A stretch of DNA of 64,000 nt. It comes from Rhodosorus marinus CCMP1338. Lineage: Eukaryota > Plantae > Rhodophyta. Both the position numbers and the translations under genes were made by a program. Every line of letters begins with the position of its first letter. The first letter of the stretch is position 1. Under the pieces are notes generated by a model. That model was not told where the DNA came from. It did not search any database and saw only the letters and a program-made list of their open reading frames with translations. Positions 57,846 to 64,000 of this stretch are shown here, piece after piece. The stretch spans positions 806,001-870,000 of the forward strand of contig JAMWBK010000013.1 in assembly GCA_029953675.1 (NCBI GenBank). The letters are read 5' to 3'.

Positions 57846-59487
57846 ATGAGACATTCCTCGTTTGAAGAATATGGAGTATTTCCTCCTGGTGCTGGGAGGG
57901 TTACGCTTGGGGAGGTGAAGGCTGAATGGGTAGAGCGGGATGAAGACGAGTATGATGTAGAAGGTTTCGGACGGAAGTGGACGAGTATAGTCCATGAGCC
58001 AGAGGGGCTTAGAGTCCATGGCGCGTCGTTTGATGTTTTCGCTCACTCGGAGGAGGCGGCTGGGGATCGATTCTTCAAGGCGGCAGGTGACTTTGTTGAG
58101 TTGATGATTCAGTCAGCCAGGCTAGGTTTTTCGCGAGGGGATCAGCAAGCTCATGGAGGGCTACCGAGGATCTCTTTTCACTGGAGCGATGAGAGAATGG
58201 CGGTGGTTTCAGGGGACAGCGATGCAATCCACATCCTCGGCCTGGGCGGAGAGAGCGAACTGGAGTGGGAGCGCCCGGCTCTGAAGAGCAATAAGATGAC
58301 CAATATCAACGCCATCGCGTTCAGGCCCTTCTCAGGTTCCACTATCGCAGCTGGTTGCGAAAGGGGCATTGCGATATGGAGAAGGCGGGAGGTATCATAT
58401 TTAATACGACGGGCTCACACTCAGGTCTGCGGTCTCGATTGGACTAGAGATGGATCATTGCTAGCGAGTGCTTCACCAAACGAAGGATCAGTTGTGCTGT
58501 GGGATGTTGGATCGAAAGAAGCATCACCTCTTCAATCAATTCAAGGGGGTGCGAGACTACCTAACTGGTCTCCTGACGATTGTAAGTCCCTGGCAAACAA
58601 AAAAGGATTCCTTCCTGCTGATATCCAGCCAATTCTAAAGTTTCCTTGCGTCCGATCTTTCACGTGTTCGTTCGTTTGGAGCAGCTTCGTTGCTGTTCGT
58701 ATCGTCGGCCAGAAAACCCACATTCCAAGTATGGAAGAAGGGTTCTTGGCTCTCCGACAGCTGGGTGGAGATGTCCGGCCCGATCGCGTGTTGCTGTTGG
58801 AGTAGGGATGGCAGTACTCTCATCTTCGCTCCGGAGAACGAGCCGGCCATCCATGCGATACGTTTCGAACAGGAGTACAATAGCAAATCAAGCCCAGCCG
58901 CTAGATCTCACTATTTGGCTCTCGAGCGTACAGACTCTTGCCGGGTACCTTGCAAAACCAATGAAGCTGGTGAGGAGCCTATTCAACTGGCTGATGCACT
59001 TACGTGAGCGATCGTTCGAATCGCAGCCTTGCTCAAAGTTCTCCATGCTTTTCACTAATGTACAAACAGAGACGGCATTGGTGGGTGGAATGGCCAGGCA
59101 AATGGCTTGGGATCCGACCGGCGAACGATTGGCAATACTATTCGAAAGTCAAGAAGGGGCGGAGGACGCGGACAACTTGGTAGCGATTTACTCAACTAGA
59201 CTCCGACCGACTTTCCAGATGAACCCAATCGGTTGGGTACGAGGCACCAGGGATTCAGGTCCGGCTTTGTCAATTGCATTCAAGCCCTGCTTTAAGTCGG
59301 GATCGTTACTTGGTAAGCATTAACACAATTACTTCTCCGTGTACTTGTCCAGTTCCTCACTGACTTTGCTGTTATCCTCATCTGTCTGTTCTCATCCGTA
59401 GCGGTTCTGTGGGCAAACCGCACGATTTCATTTGTACAGATGCTATTCAAGCCAAGCGCGGACAGAGTTCAAGCGGCGACTTCCTAA
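57846..59487 (+). CDS. AAAS: Aladin (AAAS) WD40 nucleoporin ortholog, about 4 exons
   Basis: N-terminal GVFPPGAGRVTLGE (Aladin GLFPPP..GQVTLYE), then AFRPFSGSTIAAGC, WTRDGSLLASASPNEGSVVLWDV, CCWSRDGSTLIFA, MAWDPTGERLAILF, FKPCFKSGSLL|AVLWANRTISF. Confidence 0.82.
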
Positions 59488-61519
59488 ATACCTTGAAGAA
59501 ATTCAACTGGAAACTGAAAAAAATGCCGCCAAACATATCGTAATTCTGCAGAGTATGAAGGCGGCGTTGGTTGAGACACCCAGAAGAGGAAAAACACTCA
59601 AGACTGCTGCTCTTGAGGAAGGTGTTTTGGGCCTCATCGCCTTGCTTTCAGCCGTGCGATGACCGAGCCACGTTTTCTAGTCTGGAAGCGGCCTCGTGAT
59701 TGTCTGTTCGAGCTTTCATGATTTCTGGACGGCAGTCTTCAGGCCGATCGTCAATACTGCCCGTTCCAATTCGACCTTGGACCTGTGAGAGTGTGAAAGT
59801 TTGGCACAGCCGATTATGAGCTCGCTCGCTCGTATCTCATCGCTCGGAACAATTCTTCACCAGCAAGGTCATCCGCCAGCATCCGCAACGACTGAACAGA
59901 CCAGATCGATCTCAAAAGCAGTCGTTGCTTCGCATCCCATTCTACCAGCGTCATATAGCTTTCCCACCACCCCTCCCTCCAGTCATAACTACCACGTAAA
60001 ATATGTTCATTCTTTTTTTCATAAATCAAGTGTTCACGTGGTCAAACGCACCATCCAACCCCTACTAAAGAGACATGGGTAGGTCCATACCAGAGTTTGT
60101 ACTAGTACTCTGCCATTTAGTCTGTAAATCTAAAATGAGATCATTTTAGATTTACAAAATCTTGATTTGATTAATTTCATTATTCTGAAATTATGACTGG
60201 AAGGTCCTCAGTCGAGATTCTAGACGAATTTCTTTGAAATTCGAATAGGATGACAAGTTGAAGCTTTTATTCTTTTTTGAAAAGAAAAATGAATTGCTCT
60301 AAAATTTGGGTCAAAAAATGAAATGATTGGTTGCTGACATAAGAGCAATGGGTCGTTGGGATGGAGTAAGAGTCGAGGCGAATGCCTTGGGAGTCGAAAA
60401 GAGGCTTTCAGCTGCCTAAGATAGATCATAACATGTGATAGATCAGAACATGTGTTTCCTAGGTCGCAACTCTACGAGAAGATTGATCACCAGTGATCGA
60501 GGTCATGGCAGTAGCCGACTGGAGCTTGAACGGCATATGGGTTTGTGCTGAGCGCACATCGCTAACATACAGAAAAAGTGGCCCAGACTTACTCTTCGGT
60601 GATTGAGGAAAGCCTCAAAGCACGGGTATAGTGGGGTGCAGTAAATGAACCTTTGATGGGGCAGGTGTTGAGTTAGAATGTTGTTTGTACCATCGTCACT
60701 CGTACACACGAATCGGATCCGCTTCTGTTCCAGCCTGGTGTCGTTTTTCATTGACTAAACATCTCTATCCGTTGATCGCATGCACACATGTTCTGCAACG
60801 AGCCTGTGACCCCAAAGTCATCAAACAAAGATACCCAAACCCTCCCCTCCACTAATATAGATCAGCCAGCATCTAGATCAAGTCCACACTGTCCTATATT
60901 TTATATCCAAAAAACACCTATAATGATTTTTAGAAAATAATTATGGTACCTATTTAGACCAGTTCGGATTTACTTCAGATACGAATTGTCCTTTTTCATG
61001 TGAGCAAGATTTGACCTCGTTGTAATGGCTAATGATACCCCTGATTTTTGAAAAACGGGTTTAAGAAAAGCGTTGGGGAGCTTTGGGGAGGTTTTGGGGG
61101 AAGAGGAGGAAGGGATGAAGGAGGAGAACTGTTTCGTATGGTATTCTTGTAGGATAAAGAATTTTGTAACTATATGGTAGAAGCTATAAGAACGGAGCTA
61201 CGGAGTGAGAAACCAGTGCCCTTCTCATAGAGCGAGAAGAACAAGCAGGAGAGGTCGTTTCTGCTCCGTTTTTTTGCTGCAAAAGCAGATTGTCAAAATT
61301 AAAGCTACAGAAGAATAGAAGGGACAGATTGGAAGCTTTTTGGCGCCAGTTTGGATCTGCTTTTGTTGATTCCAAGTGGGTGTCCGAAGGTGATGGAATT
61401 GTGTGTCTGCACTTTGTCTTTGTGGTCCCGAACGTACTAGTTGGAGTGATCTTGAGGCTCTTTTCGGGAGAGCAGAGGTTTTTTTTTAGGTCCCGAGGGG
61501 TTTTTACGTTCGACGAGAG

Positions 61520-64000
61520 ATGAATCGCGGACGGGTTTTCCAGATTCAGGTGAGCCAAATGAGAAGGAACATTGACCCTTCGTATGGGGTCTCATCCTGG
61601 GAAACTTTGCGGGAGGCGATCAAGCTGATCTACGCTCGTGGAGATACAATGAGCTTGTCCTACGAGGAGCTTTACAGGATTGGTTACAACATGTCCCAGT
61701 ATAACTTTGGGGAGATACTCCACAACGGACTCCAAGAAGTAATCAAGGAGCACCTGGGGGTCGTGTACGAGCGAATCAATTCAGCCCCACAGGCCACCTT
61801 TCTGCAGCAGATGAAGAGCGAATGGGATTCTTTCAACATTTCTAGATCACAAGTACAGGATATCCTCATGTACTTTGACCGCAGCTATCCAGTGAAGAGA
61901 AGAAAGATGACCTCTGGCAGCTTGACGATGGCTTTGTTCCGTGATATGATCATTTGCGACTCCGAGGTAGGAGAACGTCTTGTTAAAATCCTTCTCGACC
62001 AGATTGAGAACGAGAGAAACGGTGAAAGCATCGATTGGTTCGTGGTCAGTGCGATGACTCGCCTTCTGGTGGAACTCGGAGCGGATTCACAGGGACGGAG
62101 CGTTTATGGTCATTACTTTGAGAAGAGGCTTTTGGAAGCGACCACAGAGTACTACAGAAAGGAGAGCAAGTTGTACGTGTCCGAGGGTACCCTGTCGGAG
62201 TACATGATAAGGGTGGAGCGACGGATTAATGAGGAGGTTGATCGAGTCGAGAGATACCTCGACAGATGCACGCTCAGCCAGTTGAAATGGATAACCGAGA
62301 CAGAGCTTCTGCTGCGAAACCAGGAGAAGATTCTGTACATGCCCACCACCGGCTTTCGATGGATGTTGCGGAATGACAAGTACGAAGACATTCACCGAAC
62401 GTACAGGCTACTCTCCCGCGTGGAGAACGGGCAGAAAATGGTGCTCTCACAATTAAGGACTGAGGTAGTCGACAGGGGAATGGAAATTGTCGAGAACCAG
62501 GAGTACGCATCAGAATTTCAACCGATGATCAATGCCTTCTTGGCATTAAAGGCAAAATACGACAAAGTCGTTGCAGGTGAGAAGTTCTCCAAAACCAGCC
62601 TCGCCGGCTTTTGATCGGAACTCGTCCAAAACCTCTAACGGGAAGAACGGGATTATGTCGTCGACCCTCAGATCCCAAGTCTGGAGATAAAACGGCAGAC
62701 AAGACGCTCTTGTTTCCTGTGAACGAGGCCTTTGAGCACTTCCTGAACGCGTTTGAGGGAACGCCCGAATTCCTTTCGCTCTACATTGACAAACTTCTCC
62801 GGCAGGAGTTTAAGGGCTTGTCCGAGGACGAGATCGAGCAGCATCTCGACAGCCTCATTGCACTGTTCAGATACCTGCAGAACAAGGACGTGTTCCAGAA
62901 GTATTATTCGTTGCATCTTTCCAAGCGTCTACTTTACGGAAGGTTTGTGCAGCTGAGCGGACAGCAAACCCTGACTCGGAGTCGAATCCTTGGACTCACA
63001 TTGCTGGTCCTGTTTTTCCTCTGTGTTTGGTGTAGATCCGTCTCGGAGGACGCCGAAAAGTATTTTGCGATCAAACTGAAGGAAGAATGTGGATCGGAAT
63101 ACACTCGGAAAGTGGAGGGCATGTTTAACGACATGAAGACTAGCGAAGAGACGAATGCTGCTTTCAAGAACTCGCTGACCGAGGCGGAAAAGCAGGCTTT
63201 GCCATGCAGCTTGGACCTGAACGTCTCCGTCCTAAAAATTGGTGTCTGGCCAGTTAGCGAGGTGGCGTCTAACGGGCTCCCAATTCTCCCGCATGACGTC
63301 ACGGAACATCTGAAGGTATGATCTGTTTCTAAGAGCCATGCTGACTGTAGCTTCTAACACAAGGTTTCGTCATTCACGTACTTCATCTGATTCACGCTAC
63401 AGCTGTTCATCTCGAAGTACAATGAAGGCCACGATGGTAGGATCCTCAAAGTGCAGAACAGCCTTGGCACCGCTGAATTGCGAGCAAAATTCTCCAAGAG
63501 CGAACACGAACTGGTGGTTTCTACTTGGCAAATGTGTGTATTGATGAATTTCAACGATCAAGACTCGCTAACTTACAAAGAGCTTCAAGAGGTACGTTGG
63601 AAGCGCATACGCTGCCTAGCGCGTCCCAGATTTTCTGAAACGCTTTGCCCACCTCTTTTCTGACTGTTCATGCTCTTATTCATTGTTTTCTCAAAAAAGG
63701 CTACCGGGATATCGGAGCAAGTTCTCTGCCGTACCCTTCAGAGCCTTGCCTGTGCCAAGTACAAGATTCTGCTCAAGGAGCCACGGGGACGCGATGTTGG
63801 TGAGACTGATGTCTTCAGTTTCAATGCAGCGTTTACCAATAGGGGTTTCCGAATTCGAGTTCCAACAATCTCCTCATCAAAGGTAAGACGATTGGATTGA
63901 GAGCCAGCGGTGACATCGAAACGGCCGGCGCTGTACTTTGATCCGGAACTGAATCGCGTACATGTCATCACTCGCAGGAGAATGATAAGGAAAGAGAAGA
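61520..64000 (+). CDS. CUL3: Cullin (Cullin-3 type), multi-exon, runs off the window end
   Basis: SWETLREAIKLIY..LSYEELYR, QDILMYFDR, FEKRLLEATTEYYRKES, PEFLSLYIDKLLR, LFRYLQNKDVFQKYY..HLSKRLL, KLKEECG..YTRKVEGMFNDM, RTLQSLACAKYKILLKEP. Confidence 0.85.

Noticed and set aside
1-64000. tRNA, rRNA or telomeric repeat arrays
   Set aside because: No convincing cloverleaf, rRNA core or tandem telomere motif was seen by eye; a tRNAscan/Infernal run was not possible.

Overview
Eukaryotic nuclear DNA with short GT-AG introns; the taxon cannot be assigned from the sequence alone (alga/protist-like is an inference). Housekeeping genes sit at both ends: UBE2S and UBC6/UBE2J at 0-3 kb, and the Aladin/AAAS WD40 nucleoporin and Cullin-3 at 58-64 kb. 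Between ~3 and ~55 kb lies a very rearranged accessory region. It is dominated by at least four families (my labels A-D) of non-LTR retrotransposons with RT plus a C-terminal CCHC/restriction-like endonuclease (CRE-like). Families B and C have a separate ORF1. At 13.4-27.7 kb the elements form a dense nest in which family B has inserted repeatedly into itself and into family A, with visible target-site duplications and insertions truncated to as little as ~15-60 nt. This nest is bracketed by an old inverted duplication (3.3-6.3 kb vs 30.6-36.1 kb). Each arm ends in a small secreted-peptide gene with a conserved leader (..GFTMAVPLMQKIHLAE) and 9-10 aa repeats: 22 near-identical AEPAAFVTG units in one arm, diversified units in the other. 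This pair looks like repeat-peptide (RiPP-like) precursors and is my best candidate for an undescribed system. Also present: a multi-exon secreted Cys-rich repeat protein, two tandem intronless PAF-acetylhydrolase-family genes plus a 3' fragment, a MITE-like element, LTR-retrotransposon relics, and many perfect short-loop hairpins at element junctions. Boundaries of repeat fragments were read by eye and are approximate (+/- ~20 bp) unless an exact motif is quoted.
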